64,000 nt of DNA from Octopus sinensis (GCF_006345805.1 NC_043010.1:56482001-56546000); one strand, 5' to 3'; positions 13,624 through 28,322 are shown, counted from the stretch's first letter. The notes: generated by a model from the sequence alone, not told the origin. Made by a program: numbers and translations.

Positions 13624-16600
13624 TATGTGTGTGTGTGTGTGTGTGTGTTAGAAATAATACAGTTTTACATGTGCACCAAAAAGCATCTATGTACATACAT
13701 ATTCACGTGTGTGTCTGTGTTGTATACAAGAAGGTCGGTGTTAGAAGTTAGAAAAGGCCAATTTATGGATTCAAATACCAGATGATAATTCTAAGGGGAT
13801 TCTAATTCACTGTTTAAATTAGAATATTACCTCTCTGGTTATACATATACATACAGTTGTATATATGTATATACACACACACACATGCATTTGTATGAGT
13901 TTATGTTTGAGATGGAGGGGGGTGAGGGAGAGAGTGCTGCTGCTATTGGCCTGCTGTGACAAATTTATTCGTCATCCAGACAAAGGCAGTTCTCCAGCAA
14001 CAACAACAATAATAATGTTGAGGACAGGGCACTTAAGAAAATGGTGGAGAGAAATCTTTGGATGAGAAATGGGATCTGCTTAATAAACAAACAAAAAGAG
14101 AAAGAAAAAAAAGAGTTCTTGACAAGGGCAGATAATTCATGGTAGTTTCTGTCATTGTTAATAGCCATAAATGTTGATTGAACTCACATCCCTTAGGGTT
14201 AGGGAAAGTCTAAGGATCCCACTTCTTCTTCCCCGCTCTCTCTCTTTCTCCACCCCACTCCCTAATACTGGCCCACACTCCTCTCCATGACAGTCTTAAA
14301 GTCACACACACACACACGTGTTCTGGTTTATGTATGCAGGTGTGCACACATGTTTTGCTGTTAATATATATATATATACACACATGCTGGTATATACACA
14401 TGCATATATATATATATATATATATTACATTACACACACACACACACATATACAGAAACACCTCAAACACACAACTTGCTGTCGTGGGGGGGGGAGTCTT
14501 GTGGAGTTTGATGGTGGGAGGTAAAGGGTTGAGAGAGATGAGTCAGGTGTTGGTGGTGATGGTGTGAGGAGAGGTGATTGATGCCAAGTGACAGTTGGTG
14601 ACAATCAACTTGACACAAGCAGCCTACATCTCCATTACTACCACCACCACCACCACCACTGCTACTACTTCTACCAACACCAATTCTGCCACTGCTGTGC
14701 ATGGTTGTGTGGTTAAGAGGTTTGCTTCACCACCACAGTCGTTCTCAGTTCAATCTTAGTGCAGGGCACCTTAGACTAGAATGCTTTACTCTAGCTCCAG
14801 GCCGACCAAAGCTGTGTTAGTGGATTTGTTAAATGGAAACTGAAAGAAGCCCACACTGAGTGTGTTATATTATAGAGGACTATACCCAAGAGCAGAGGAT
14901 GAACAGCTGACTTCTGACAGACACCTACCTGCATTCTAATTTATTTACTGAGCTCAATGTTGAATCTCACCTTGCAGATACCATTTCTTTATATAGCTTA
15001 CACCATACAGATATCAACTTCACCTGATAGTCCCTCTGTTGGGTCTAATTATAGACATATCTCAGTCAGCAAACTCTCATAGTAACATTTCCACCCCCCC
15101 CCCCTTCTTGTCATCAACCAAAGCAGGTGTCATTTTGTACACCTTTTCCAAACGGCATCTGGATTCATACTCCTGAACTACAATCTGAAATCTGCCCTAC
15201 CTCTCATCATCTTCTCATTGCACAAGATTGACAGACTTCAACTTGCACTTTCCTTCTTTGCTCTCTAAAACTGATCTCTAACTTTTCTTCTAGCTTTCTC
15301 ACTTACAATTCCTTTCCTGTCTTTTTAGCGTAAACTCCTACCTGTACCATTCCCCCATCATCTCACCTTTCTTCTAGGTCTCTATTCTCCTCCATCCACA
15401 CAGTAGATTGTCTCATATAAACTCTCAGTCTCCTCTCTCTCTACCTCTCTTTGTCTCCCTGTCTCTCTCCTCCTCCATATTGCATTATGTCTGTGTGTCC
15501 AAACACCTCCTTCCTTCAACTCACCACCTATGCTGTTGTGGTGGTGGTGGTGGTGGTGGTGGTGGTGGTGGTGGTGGTGGTGGTGAGAGGTAGCGAGTAC
15601 AGTGTTCACCACTGAAACACTGTCTTCACAACTATTTGTCCATTTGTTATTCCTGGTCAGAATCATCTGTAACTGGTTCCTGTACTCCCTGATTGGTGGG
15701 AGATGGGATTGGGGGGGGGCGTCAGGTGGTTGGTCTGTTTCCTCAAATTGATGTTGATAAGGGTGAGCTCATTTACATCACAGAATTCCAGGAGACTTAA
15801 TCCCTCTTTCATCTCATCTGCCGCAGCTGTAGCCTCCATCTACACCAGAGATGCTCTCCTGATATTGACTAAAATCTCACCAACTGCGATAATGGATGTC
15901 CTTGAGATCAAGACAATCATTGAGATTGTCTTGAGGAGGAGGAGGGGGTGATAATAGTAGTAGTAGTAGCAGCAGCAGCAGCAGTTGTACAAGGGCATGC
16001 ATTGTAACAGTGCATCCAGCATCCACCATTTGTTGTTGATTCCCTACGACTCTGGTAATCCATGGGTCTGTCTGGGTGGTCGTTGCTGGAGAGGGTTTTA
16101 CGAGATCAGAGTGCAAACCCTACCTCAACCTCTTGTAGTCACTTTTGACAACATGCAAAAGAAACATTGGCTCTATTCTTTGAAATGCCAGTCCCCATAC
16201 AACTTTTCATAAACATGAAGTGTTTTGCTCAAGAACACAACACATTGCCCAGTCCAGGAATTGAACCCACAATCTGGCACTCATGGGTGCAACTCCCTAG
16301 CCATAAGGCCACGCAACTTCTTTGAGTAGGATTTCATAAAACAAGTCCTTCTTTTTGGGTCTCTCCCTCCTAAATGCTATCTTGTTTTGACCATGACTCA
16401 CCGCATCCTCATTATCCTATCACATACCCTGGCTTCCTTGGTGACCTTAGCCATTTCTCTGCCAAAAGTATCCCTACTCCACTCAGCCATTGCTGTTAGC
16501 CACCCAGAAGAATGTGTATCTTTTGTTCTGGTGCCTCTGAAAAATCTAATTCAGACTCCCCCCCTCCCTCCTCCTGCTTTTCCTCTGCCATCCTCACCAT

Positions 16601-16752
16601 CTCCCTTCACCTTCATCATATTCTCATCCATGGTGGCAGCCCTCAAGTTTTTTTTACCCTAACAGGAAGAGGCAGGGTTCCGGAGGTAGGTGGGATGTCT
16701 CGTGTTTCCCCCTTCCCCCGCTCTCTCCCTCTTTCTCATATACACATACGTG

Positions 16753-17259
16753 CACACACACACACACACACACACACTTACATTCATATATACTTATATC
16801 TGCCAGTATAGGAGATGAGGCTAAACAATAACAACGATGATATATATATACATACATACACAAACACATACATACACGCACAAACATATACGTGTCACGG
16901 GTTTTCAAGTAAAACTGTGTTTGTGTTTCACAACACCAACAACAACAAAAGCTCCACCCCCACCATGACCACCACCACCCAGGGTGGCCAACCTAATATT
17001 AATGTGAGATCTAGAATAATATTACTTTTTTCTTAACTGACAAAGTTGAGGGGGAGTGGGGATGATGTAACCTCCACTCACTATTTGCCCACACACCCTC
17101 ACTCTGAGTAGAGGTTGATAGAGTATAACCTCCACTCCGTATGTACCCCTCCACCTTCACTCTCAGTTAAGGCCAGTGTTTATGTAACCTCCACCCTGTT
17201 AATACCCAGCCACCCCTACACTACTACATGGAGAGGTCGGGTGTATGTATACCCATCCA

Positions 17260-17293
<34 letters not shown>

Positions 17294-17774
17294 ACATTCA
17301 TATATACTTATATCTGCCAGTATAGGAGATGAGGCTAAACAATAACAACGATGATATATATATACATACATACACAAACACATACATACACGCACAAACA
17401 TATACGTGTCACGGGTTTTCAAGTAAAACTGTGTTTGTGTTTCACAACACCAACAACAACAAAAGCTCCACCCCCACCATGACCACCACCACCCAGGGTG
17501 GCCAACCTAATATTAATGTGAGATCTAGAATAATATTACTTTTTTCTTAACTGACAAAGTTGAGGGGGAGTGGGGATGATGTAACCTCCACTCACTATTT
17601 GCCCACACACCCTCACTCTGAGTAGAGGTTGATAGAGTATAACCTCCACTCCGTATGTACCCCTCCACCTTCACTCTCAGTTAAGGCCAGTGTTTATGTA
17701 ACCTCCACCCTGTTAATACCCAGCCACCCCTACACTACTACATGGAGAGGTCGGGTGTATGTATACCCATCCAC

Positions 17775-17794
<20 letters not shown>
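16753..17794. repeat. Head-to-tail tandem duplication, period 514 bp, with junctions in (CA)n tracts
   Basis: Unique sequence starting at 16778 recurs at 17292. The ORF track shows identical peptides offset by 514. CA tracts lie at 16753-16777, 17259-17291 and 17775-17794. Confidence 0.9.
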
Positions 17795-17807
<13 letters not shown>

Positions 17808-18296
17808 GTATGTATGTATATATATACTCATCCACCCCTTATATATACCCATCCACCCTCACTAATCAAATATTTTCTTCACGAAATGTCAAAATTTTTT
17901 TTTACCATTTTCTTCATGTTCTTCTGAAAATGCTAGAAACGTCCTCCTCCTCCCCTCTCTTTTCTCCCTACTCCTCCTCTTTCTTTTCCTCCTCTTTACT
18001 TTCTTTACAGAATTTTAGATTGTGAAGTCTTTCTGCCTTATTTGTCTGTGAATGTGTGTGTGTGTGTGTACATATGCATGCATGTGTATGTGAGAGAGAG
18101 AGAGAGAGAGAGAGAGATGTTGTTTAGCTCCAAGACATCAATACTGAAACTAACTTGTGCTGAAGGAAACTCCAACCATGGACATCACAATTTTTTCATA
18201 TCTTTGACATTAGTATCCGAAGAGGCCTTCATTGGCTTGGCTGCTATTTCTGGCACAGCCAATAATTATACAAATGTTTAGTTGATGTGTGTGTGC

Positions 18297-18334
<38 letters not shown>

Positions 18335-20396
18335 AAGAGAGACTGTGTGTGTGTGCGTGTGTGTGTGTTGTTATTGTGAAATGTCTTTTGGATGTTTTCT
18401 CAAAATGTTGCAAAAGAGAAAAAAAGACAAAAGAGCAAAGTGTTTGTTGTTGTTGTTGTTGTTGTATTTGGCAGTGAATAGGAAAAGGGGGGAGGTTGTG
18501 GTGAGGGTAGGAGAGGGGGGTGGGGGATGAGAAAGCTTTTTTAGAAAGGAAATAACAAACTTTGACAGCATTTAATGTAAATTGGAGAAAGGTTTAGTTT
18601 ACGGTGGTGGTGGCCATGGTGGCGGTGGTGGCAGCAGCAGTGGTGGCGGGGGGGGGTGAAGTATGGTGGTCATGGCAAGGGTGTGTGTGAGTGTAGTGGA
18701 GAGGTGGGGATTTGAGGTAGTGGTGGTCATGATGAGATTACCTTTTCTTTTATTGTAAATGGTGTGGTTTGCTTAAAGTAGGAGAGTGGTTGCTGTTAGA
18801 CGGGTATCTGGAGTACCTAGGGTACATCTGGTACCATTCCATGAAACTTGCTCTTAACTGATGTACATATTTACATTATATGTGTGTGTGTGTGTGTATA
18901 TGTATACTATATACATTTATACACAAACATAACTACATATCTGTGTGTGTGTGTGTATGCACAGAGAGAAAGAGAGTTGAGGTCATAGCTCTGTAGTGGT
19001 CCTGTGAGTGGGGCTGTAGTTGTGAGTATCTGCCTCTGTGTCTGTTGTGTGTATTTTGGACAGACATGTGTTGATCTGTCCAAACAAGTGACTATGCAGT
19101 TAGCACAATGCTAAGCCAGGCCAGGCAATAGTGGCAAATAATTGAAAACTAATCCATAACTGCCATCAACTGTTGATTCATGATTACTTTACTGTTCATT
19201 GTGAAATATAACGAGTTCTTAAATAAAGACCAAACTGGCAGCTTTTACATATTAAAATCATATAATTTGACCGCATCGTGCTGAAATATAACAGCTCCAG
19301 ACACCAGAGTGATGGATGGATGGAGTTTCTGTTAGCAATGGACAACAAATAGTTAATCTATATTTGATCTGTGAACATTCAGGACAGGATGTGGTCTGCA
19401 TTTATATATATGTAGGATTGGTATGCATACATATTGATATATATTTATATATATGTACACACACGTACACACACACACACACACATATATATATAATATA
19501 AATAATATATAGATATATGCATATATACATACATATAAATGTATATAGGTACACATATATAAGTACAGGACATGGCTCTTTCTATCTGTTTTGTTTTCTC
19601 TCTCATCCGTTCTCTAATTCTTTTTTCTCCTTTTCACCATTTTCTATCTGTCTCTCTCCCTCTTCCCTCTTTACTCTTTCTCGTTGCTCACACGTGACCT
19701 TCATCCATCTTTCCTTTCCTCACGTGATCATCTTTCTTTTTCTTCAGTCCGTCACACAGTCCAGACGCATTCTTATCTGTCTCCTCTCTTATCAAAAAAT
19801 CTTCTTCCAGCATTCGCTACCTTACCTTGTCTTGGCCTAACAGCCCTCCCTGTTTGTCTTTGTTTTGGTTGGTTTATTGTATGTCCTGTTTTTGTTACCA
19901 ACTTTGACCCTCCGCAAATTCCAAATTTTATTTTGGTTCGCAGGAACAACTGCCTTCAAAGTCTTATATTGTCATTCATTGCTCAAAATAAGGAGTAGAA
20001 GGGCAGCCGACAACTGATGAAGGGTCGTTTTTTATATTGCTTGTCTTGCTTTCCATTCGTTTCTCTTGTTCTTTGCATACCCAACTTTATTTTCGTATTT
20101 CATGTTGTTTACATTTTATGTTGTCCTGTACCCATATATGCATACCTATATACTTATATAAGTATGTATCTATGTACATAGATCTATGTATATATGCATA
20201 TATATAATTATTATTTATATTAGTATTTGATTATTATTTGATTGAATGCCACACATCCATCTCCAAGTAAGTTTATCTTATATATATATATATATATATA
20301 TATACGTGAACATAATCAAAAAGGGTAATAACATAGATTATTATTACCAGTGGCCTAGCACAAAAGACGAATTAGTCATTAGACAAAATATTATTC

Positions 20397-20544
20397 ATAT
20401 AGAAATATAATAAAGGGCTCCCAAATAAGGAAGCCTAGTGCTAGAGACACAAAAAGGGATAAATTTCACTCTCGATGAATTTATCCTTTTTGTGTCTCTA
20501 GCACTAGGCTTCCTTATTTGGGAGCCCTTATTATATTTCTATAT
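20397..20544. repeat. Near-perfect foldback (about 70-bp arms) between (TA)n tracts
   Basis: atatagaaatataataaagggctccc...ataaatt pairs with aatttatcc...gggagcccttattatatttctatat, with single-base indels. Confidence 0.85.
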
Positions 20545-20559
20545 CTATCTATCTATCTA

Positions 20560-20635
<76 letters not shown>

Positions 20636-22218
20636 TACACATGTGTGTGTGTGTGTGTGGTTTGTATATATGTATAGTTGAATGTAAGTTTGTGTCTTCG
20701 TGTTATTTAATGTGTGTGGTCTGTACATGTGTGTGTGTGTGTGTGTATTATGTATTATACGAGTATGTGTGTAAATTGATACTCTACATTGGCTGAAGTA
20801 AACACACACACACACCCATGTACATGTGTGTGTATAATATATACATCTATGTAAGTGTGTATGTATAAGTATATATATGTACACACATGTGTGTGTATAC
20901 TTCACTAACATGGTGCGTGGATTTGCACATGTACATTTGTGTACGGGTGTGTGTGTGTGTGTGATATAATATTACAATTCAATACACACCTAAAACTGGT
21001 GGGAGGGGGTATTAGATGAAAAATTGCTGTTGTTGTTGTTGTTGGTGTTGTGTTGATCAGTTAACTCTATTTCAATGAACAATGGGAATTTCAAAACCTG
21101 AGATTGAACTCACAAAACACAATCACCTCCGCCCCCCCACCACCACCACCACATCTCCCTCTATGTATGAGACTGTGGCCCATTCTTTACTACAGCTGTA
21201 ATCCTCTTCCCCCCTCCCACCTCCTCTCTTGTTTTCTTCCACCCCACCCCCACACCTCTCTACAGATAGTTCCAGCTAGCCATATCAATCACTAACCAGT
21301 CTGGCCATTATGACCCCTAGAGGTCATGGCTACAATCACATCTCCTCTTCCTCTTCCTCCCCTTTGTCATTTTATTTAATTAAAACGATGTGAAGGTTCA
21401 GACCTGATACACACACACACACATGCATACAGACCGCCCACTTTTCCATGCTTGAAGCAGATTTTCTCTGGTTAGATGTTGTTCCAGTCATCAATGTAAT
21501 ACTTCCCCATGACCAGACATGTTTTTGCAGGAGATTGGAAACAGGGGACATCACTTGCATGACAGCGACACTATTATCACAGGATGTCAAGGCAAAAAGA
21601 CAGTAACACATTCACATGCATACACACACATATACATACATACATACATACATGCATGCATACATGCATGCATAAATACATACATGGTGGCTGCCCCCTC
21701 GTTATCGAGTATGGCCATTGCATGAAGCTTAATCAATGTTGTTATCATGCAATGCCTGTGCAAAAAGATTTTTTTTAAAGTAAGGAAAGGCTGTGCACTG
21801 AGTCAATCCCACTCACTAAGCAACAGCAGCCATAATCCGAAAAGAAGAACAAGTCAACATCATCGGTAACCACTGAGCCGCAGGTTTTATCCCAATTACC
21901 TGAGTTACCTTCTCCTAGAAGGATGCCCTAACAAAGGCTAGGAGTCCTTCACTCTGAATGGTTTAACCGCGCGAACGGGTATTCAGTCCGATTATTTCTA
22001 TGTCCCCGTGCATGATACAGCCTTAAGACATTTATTGGATGGCCGTTGACTCTCAAGAGTTCCTCCACCCTTTGACGGGTTTTGTTTTTCATCCCGCAGG
22101 GTGTCCAATAAACACCCTCCTCACCAAGCAAGCTTGGTGGGGTTGCCGGTTTAGTTGCCGACGACCCAACCATGCAACAGGTTGTTACCAGTAGCACTCG
22201 AAAATGACCTGACATAAG

Positions 22219-22251
<33 letters not shown>

Positions 22252-22405
22252 TTAGACACAGTGGGCTTCTTTCAGTTTCCATCTACCAAATCCAGTACCC
22301 AACTAACACACTCACTGAGGCCCGTCCTTGGCTTAAACAGCCACCTCACTATGATGATGCTACACAGTAACCATGACAACTGTCTCTCTCTCTCTTTCTT
22401 TGCAG

Positions 22406-22684
22406 GTCCTCCCTTTATTAACCAGACTGCTGTCTCTCATAAACGTCTCATTGCCTACATTGGAAAGAACTTTAGAATCCGCTGCCCCATCACTGCCATA
22501 CCTCCACCCTACATGCAGTGGAGTAAAGATGGACACACTATCAACATTGCATGGGAGAGGTTTCGAATCCAGGAGATGGGACTCCGCATTAAAGATGTTG
22601 AAATTGAAGACAGTGGATTGTACACATGTAAAGCAACCAACGGTTTTGGCAGTGTTCAGCTCAACTTCACCCTTACAGTTATAC
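22406..22684 (+). CDS. FGFRL1: FGFRL1 exon: Ig domain 1
   Basis: Acceptor ttgcag (ag 22404-05), donor gtgagt at 22685, 279 bp, phase 1-1. Encodes GPPF...RIRCP...QWSKDG...EDSGLYTCKATNGFGS...LTVI, closely resembling vertebrate FGFRL1 Ig1. Confidence 0.93.
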
Positions 22685-22769
22685 GTGAGTATTTGATGAG
22701 TCTTCTCAAGCATGGCATATCTCCAAAGGTATTGGTTGCTTGTCATTGCCTTTGTGAGGCCTAACATTC

Positions 22770-23830
22770 AAAGATCACGCTTCACCACCTCATCCCATGT
22801 CTTCCTAAGTCTACCTCTTCCACAGGTTCCCTCCACCATTAGAGTGTGACACTTCTTCACACGGCTGTCTTCATCCATACACATTACATGACCATACCAA
22901 CGCAGTCATCTCTCTTGCACACCACATCTGATGCTTCTTATGGCCAACTTTTCTCTCAGGATGCTTACACTCAGTCATGCATACACAGACATTACACATC
23001 CAGCAGAGCATACTAGCTTCATTGCTTACAAGCCTATGCTTGTCCCCAGCAGCCACAGCCCATGTTTCACTGCCTTGTAACATGGCTGTTCACACACAGG
23101 CATTATACAGTCTACTTTTCACTCTTTGCTACTAGCAGAGGTAGGAGCTCTCTGAACTTTGCCCGGCCTATTCTTATTCTAGCACTAATGCTCTCAGTGT
23201 ATCTAGCCCTGCTACTGAGTTGGTCACCTAAGTAACAGAAGCTATCATCTACTTCTACTTTTCCCCTCTGGCATCTGATGAAATCTATTTTCTGTATGTT
23301 TGTTGTGTTTGTTGTACCTGTGCACCTTCCACACACAAAAACTATTTTCCCTGTTAACCTTCCTCTGATATTGTGTCACCTCTTATGAGTCCATAGCTCA
23401 CACCAAGTACATCTTATGGAGTTTCTACCTATGCCTTTTCTACAGATTGAGCTGGGCCATCTACCCGAAGGGATTTGTGATTTGTCTGCCTTCCTACCTA
23501 CTAAGACTCTAGTTTTTGCTAGGTTAACTCTAAAGCCCGTTGATTCTAGACCTTGCTTCCACACCCGAAACTCCTCTAGTTCCGGTAGTGATTCAGCTAT
23601 AAGAAGAAGGTCGTCAGCATAGAGGAGCTCCCAGGGGCAGCCTGTCTTGAATTCCTCTGCTATCGCCTGGAGGACTATGATCAACAAGAGGGGGCTGAGG
23701 ACTGATCCTCGGTGAACCCTTACTTGTACCCTGAATTCTCCACTAGACTTGTTGCTAACCCTCACCTTACCAATAGCATGGCTTGTACAGCTCTCACTAA
23801 CCACTCATCTATCGCTAGTTTCTGCATTGA
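22770..23830 (-). mobile_element. RTE-type LINE fragment (RT domain and 3' region), frameshifted
   Basis: ORF 23376-23804 has GSVLSPLL and ELLYADD RT motifs. ORF 22871-23083 has the GSETW motif. Confidence 0.85.
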
Positions 23831-23867
23831 CCACTAGAGACATTGACCAACTAATAATATATATATA

Positions 23868-23977
23868 TATAATCAAAATAAGCAACAAGGATATCCAGAG
23901 CTAATGCAGTACGATCGTTTCATGCAACGATCGTACTGCATTACCTCTGGATATCCTTGTTGCTTATTTTGATTATA
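23868..23977. repeat. Foldback (52-bp arms, 1 mismatch, 6-nt loop) truncated within a hammerhead motif; PLE remnant in (TA)n
   Basis: Arms at 23868-23919 and 23926-23977. The minus strand of 23905-23925 reads gcat-GAAA-CGATCG-TA-ctgca, the 3' half of a hammerhead. Confidence 0.75.
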
Positions 23978-24072
23978 ATCACCTTATTTTAATTACATGG
24001 ATAATACCATACTAAATTCTGGTGCCTTTAACTGAAGTACCATATTCAACTGAATCTAAATTTTACTGAACT

Positions 24073-24113
<41 letters not shown>

Positions 24114-24349
24114 TTGTGTCTAGGGAGGGTCATTATGCCAATATTATTAAACACATGCACTGGTTCAATTCCACTCCTTTATTATTAGTCAATTGGTCAA
24201 ATATCCAACCAACTAATCAATTGCTTGTTTAACTTGGATACACAGTAAGTCGTTTGTTTTGTTTTGTTTGTTTTTTTATCAAAGCTCTTTCATTATTATT
24301 TGTAACCTTTTCAATGACTTCTTTCTTAGTCCATTACGGATACATGCAC

Positions 24350-25800
24350 ACACACAACAAGGTCTCTGACAGACAAACGCAGCCTCCACTGGAACATCAG
24401 AACCATGATAGACAAGACTGACAGCAGCAGGCCAGAACAGCATTTTGCAGATTGAACCTTGATATTGCTCTCTTTAGTCAAGTGTGCTTGACAGATGAAG
24501 AAGGCCTTCTTCAACAACATGGCACAGGTTACATTCTCTGTGGGTCCAGCAAGCCACAGGCTGAAAGACGTCTCTCCAGTGTCAGCTTCATGGTCAGAAA
24601 CTACATTTCCCCTTTAGAAAACTCCATTAGAAAACCTTCCAACTGGTCATTCAGATTGCATCATCTCAATGCACCTTCCCTGGTGTCTACACCCCAACCC
24701 TCCAAACAACAATGTCTTTGATGAGTTCAATGTAAGAGTAGGCCAAGATTCAGAAGCATGCTGTTATGAATTGCAACAACAGGCAGCTTCTGTTGGAGTT
24801 TTGCACAGAGAGGCAATTACCCATTACCAACAGCCTCTTCCAGTAGAAAGACAGTTTGCATACCCCTGGGTGCATAAGAGAGACCAGAGTGATGTCTTTC
24901 ACACTTGAATGAGGCCTAATGCAGAATGCTATTCAGATCATCATCTTGTCCACTACAAGCTCAGCTTCCATTTCAAACCTAAGGCCTAGAGAGGTAGAGG
25001 TCAAGGAAGGAAGCTCCAGGTCAGTATCCTACAGTCAGCTGAAGTGAAAGCTAACTTCCAGACAAACCTAGAGTTAAAGCTCCAAGATCCCAGTTGCTCC
25101 TCAGAGACCCCTCTCCTGAAGTGCTTTGGAAACATCTGAAAAAATAAAAAAAAACTATCCTGCAAACCTCTGAAGAGCTACAAAGCTTCTCCACAAAGAC
25201 TAGTTTGATGAAATAACCAAGAGATGCAGAGACTATCTGATGAGATCATCCCACTAGGCTCACCCTGCAAAGCTATATTGCTCTGGGAACAAAGCAGATC
25301 CAACATAAATGGTGGATAAGCCTCACCAAAAGAACTCAGCTTAATGCAGACATTGACAGCTGCAAGGGATTCTATGAAACCCTGAAAAGCTTTGTCTGGT
25401 CCAATGCACTCCATCCAGAGTCCATTGCAAAGTGCAGATTGAAAGAAAGATGCTTTCCACAGATAAGGCCATTATCTTGAATTGGTGGTCAGAGCACTTT
25501 CAAACCCTCTTTGGTGCCAACTGTTCAGTCTATGACACAGCAGTGCTTTATATCCCACAGCAGCCTTCGAAGGCAGAGCTGGAGGGGGATTCCCTCCCTC
25601 ACAGAGGCAGCCAAAGCAATAGAGAAGCTGACAAGTGGGAAGGGAATAGGGGTGGATGGGATCACGCCTGAAACATGGGAAGCAGCCAAGTAAGTATAGC
25701 ACTGCACTCTAAACTCCACAAGCTTTTCATCTGCTGTTGAGGCAGAACACATCACAAGGATGGAAGATCATCATCTTCCCAAGATCACACTGCATGGCAA
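24350..25800 (+). mobile_element. Degenerate RTE-type LINE, endonuclease and linker region
   Basis: ORF 24452-24721 (LDIALFSQVCLTDEEG..HGTGYILCGS..VSFMVRN) resembles the RTE APE N-terminus. Downstream pieces include WWSEHFQTL and GKGIGVDGITPE. Many stops and frameshifts. Confidence 0.7.
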
Positions 25801-27263
25801 ACTCTGCTCTACTCCCCATAATAGAGGAGCAGCAAAGAAGGTCTCCCTCAGCACCAACCACTTTGATCACCACCTTTCATCTGTTCTTGCCACTGACTCA
25901 GAAGGTTGACATCTCACTGTCATCTGGGCAATGGTCTCCTTAGACAATACCTAAAAAAGAAGAAAAACAAGGATTGCTACAGCCACCCCTCACCAGCCTA
26001 TCTTTCCATGTAGCCTCCATGGTTGTACCTGTTTTTCTTGAATCAGACTCATTGGGCATCAATAAGCTTGTAACAGATTTGGACATCCCCCATCTCATCC
26101 CCTGTAAATTGTCACTCACAAAGCCAAGTCAAGAAGAAGAATTGACTGAGTGATGGTGGGGGGAGGGGTCATGTTCCGGAAAGAAAGGATGGGGTGGGGG
26201 TGGGGTCTGGTGTAAGAGAGGTTCTCATGAACAGTGACCACTGTAGTAGAGGTAGAATAGGCAGGGAGAGGATCACAGCTGGGAGTGCATTGATGACTCT
26301 GGGTTAGTCAGGGTGGCCATTCTTTGCATCTATATATGTAGGAGGTGTGTGTGGTGTCAGTAGACCTTATATATATAGCATGTATATAATACATGGTGTG
26401 TATATGTATAGTGTAGACTGTATATGTGCTAAATGGTGTATAGACACTTTATACACTGTGTATATAGTTCATACAGTGTTCAAACATGGTTTATGTTGTG
26501 TATATATATATACATGTATATGTGTGTGTGTGTATATATATATAGTATGTGCTATCCAGACACTGTGTACACTGTGTTATGTAGTGTAGTTATATATAGG
26601 ATTACCATTGGTTTCAGATGTTTTCAGGCGACCCTCACCTTTGATATAGATTTCAAAACTATTACTTGTTAGCTGAACTGTAATTGATTAGTTGAGAGTG
26701 GCTTTCTCTGATTGGCTGAACTCAAATGATAAACTCTTTTATAAGCAACTAAAGATATAGCAGTCTTTATCAATTATATCCAAGTTCTCTTTAAACCTAC
26801 CCAAACATAGCTGTGTGTATGTGTGTGTGAGAGAGAGCAAGAGAGAAGGGGTGCGCCTAAGGGCCTCAGTAAGGAATAAAAGTCCTTGACTTGACTGACT
26901 GCTGAGAGACAAGTTGCATCTACTTGACTCCCATCTTTTTATAGAAATAGGGAATCCCTTAATAACTTACAGCTTTCAGCTCCCTTTATCACTACCTACT
27001 TAATTAAGCTACTGCTAACGAGCCTCTGCTTATACACAAATACCTGTGGTGTATGAGGGGAAGGTGTGAAGAACATGTGTATATATCCTTTATACATACA
27101 CACCCATGCTAGCACGGAACACGGACGTTAAACGATGATGATGATGATGATAACCCACACACACACATACACTCAGGACTATGTGTTTTTCGATGGGCCA
27201 AGATGTATACACATGCATATGTATGTCTGTGTATTTCTTCCACCCCATCCCTTCTTGTATATA

Positions 27264-27331
<68 letters not shown>

Positions 27332-28271
27332 TAAATATATATATATATTACCAAAACAGGAAATTAGGAAGTTGGAAGAACTTTTTTGATATTTATCATC
27401 ATTACACATGTTTCATTTCCTTATAGGAGTTAGACTTTTGTACATGTAAAAGAAACGTGTAAAACATCTATAATAAGATTTGAATAATATTTTTCATCAT
27501 TCTTTGAAATCCACTTTTCCATGCTTGCATGGGTCAGACAGAATTTATTGAGGCAGATTTTTCCATGGCCAGATGCCCTTCCTGTTCTCCTCACCTGTCA
27601 CCATGCAAGCTAATATTTCCCCATGGCCAAGCAGAATTTTGCAAGATATTAAAAAAGACACACATGAGGAGGGTGATGAAAGGTTCCTGGCTTTGGGTTA
27701 AAGAAAATACAGGAGGATCAGTTGATTATGAATTAGAACTCCTTCGTGTGTGTGTGGAGTGCAACCTGCAGAGGAAGGGGACCTCTGTGTGTTTGCTCTA
27801 CTTGCTAGAAATAGCAGACAAACGTTCCTCATATTCATCCTACCATCTTAGATGAGAAAACACATTAGGTAATGTAATCCTAGATAGATTAACTCAAAAT
27901 AAAAGGCAGGATGGTCACAACTGGTACACTTTTGATCCTGGGTCTGCTGGGTGAGGGCAGACCTGGGGTTAAATCACAACAAATACGTCTACACCACCAC
28001 CAAAACTACAACACACACACCACCACTCCTACCACCAATAACAACAACATTCCATCACTAACCCACACCACCCACCACCACCTCCACCACAGCAATCTAT
28101 CACAACAGAAGTCTTTGAATTTTAATAGTTTTCTTGATTTGTTTAATGACTGTAAAAATGTGTCAACTCATCTCTACACCTCTCCTCCACCATACACACA
28201 CACACACACACACACACATTAATGTTTGTTTTCCATGCTGGCATGGCTTGGACATGTGTGTGTGTGTGTGC

Positions 28272-28322
<51 letters not shown>

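Noticed and set aside
20011-20030. CTGATGA in a repeat-like segment
   Set aside because: No downstream stem II-GAAA, so not a hammerhead as it stands.
21790-22225. CpG-rich, hairpin-rich segment resembling an RTE 5' region; tested by eye for HDV-like and twister ribozymes
   Set aside because: Local hairpins exist (gggtgt/acaccc; caccaagc/gcttggtg), but I could not fit the required pseudoknot pairings. A covariance-model search is needed.
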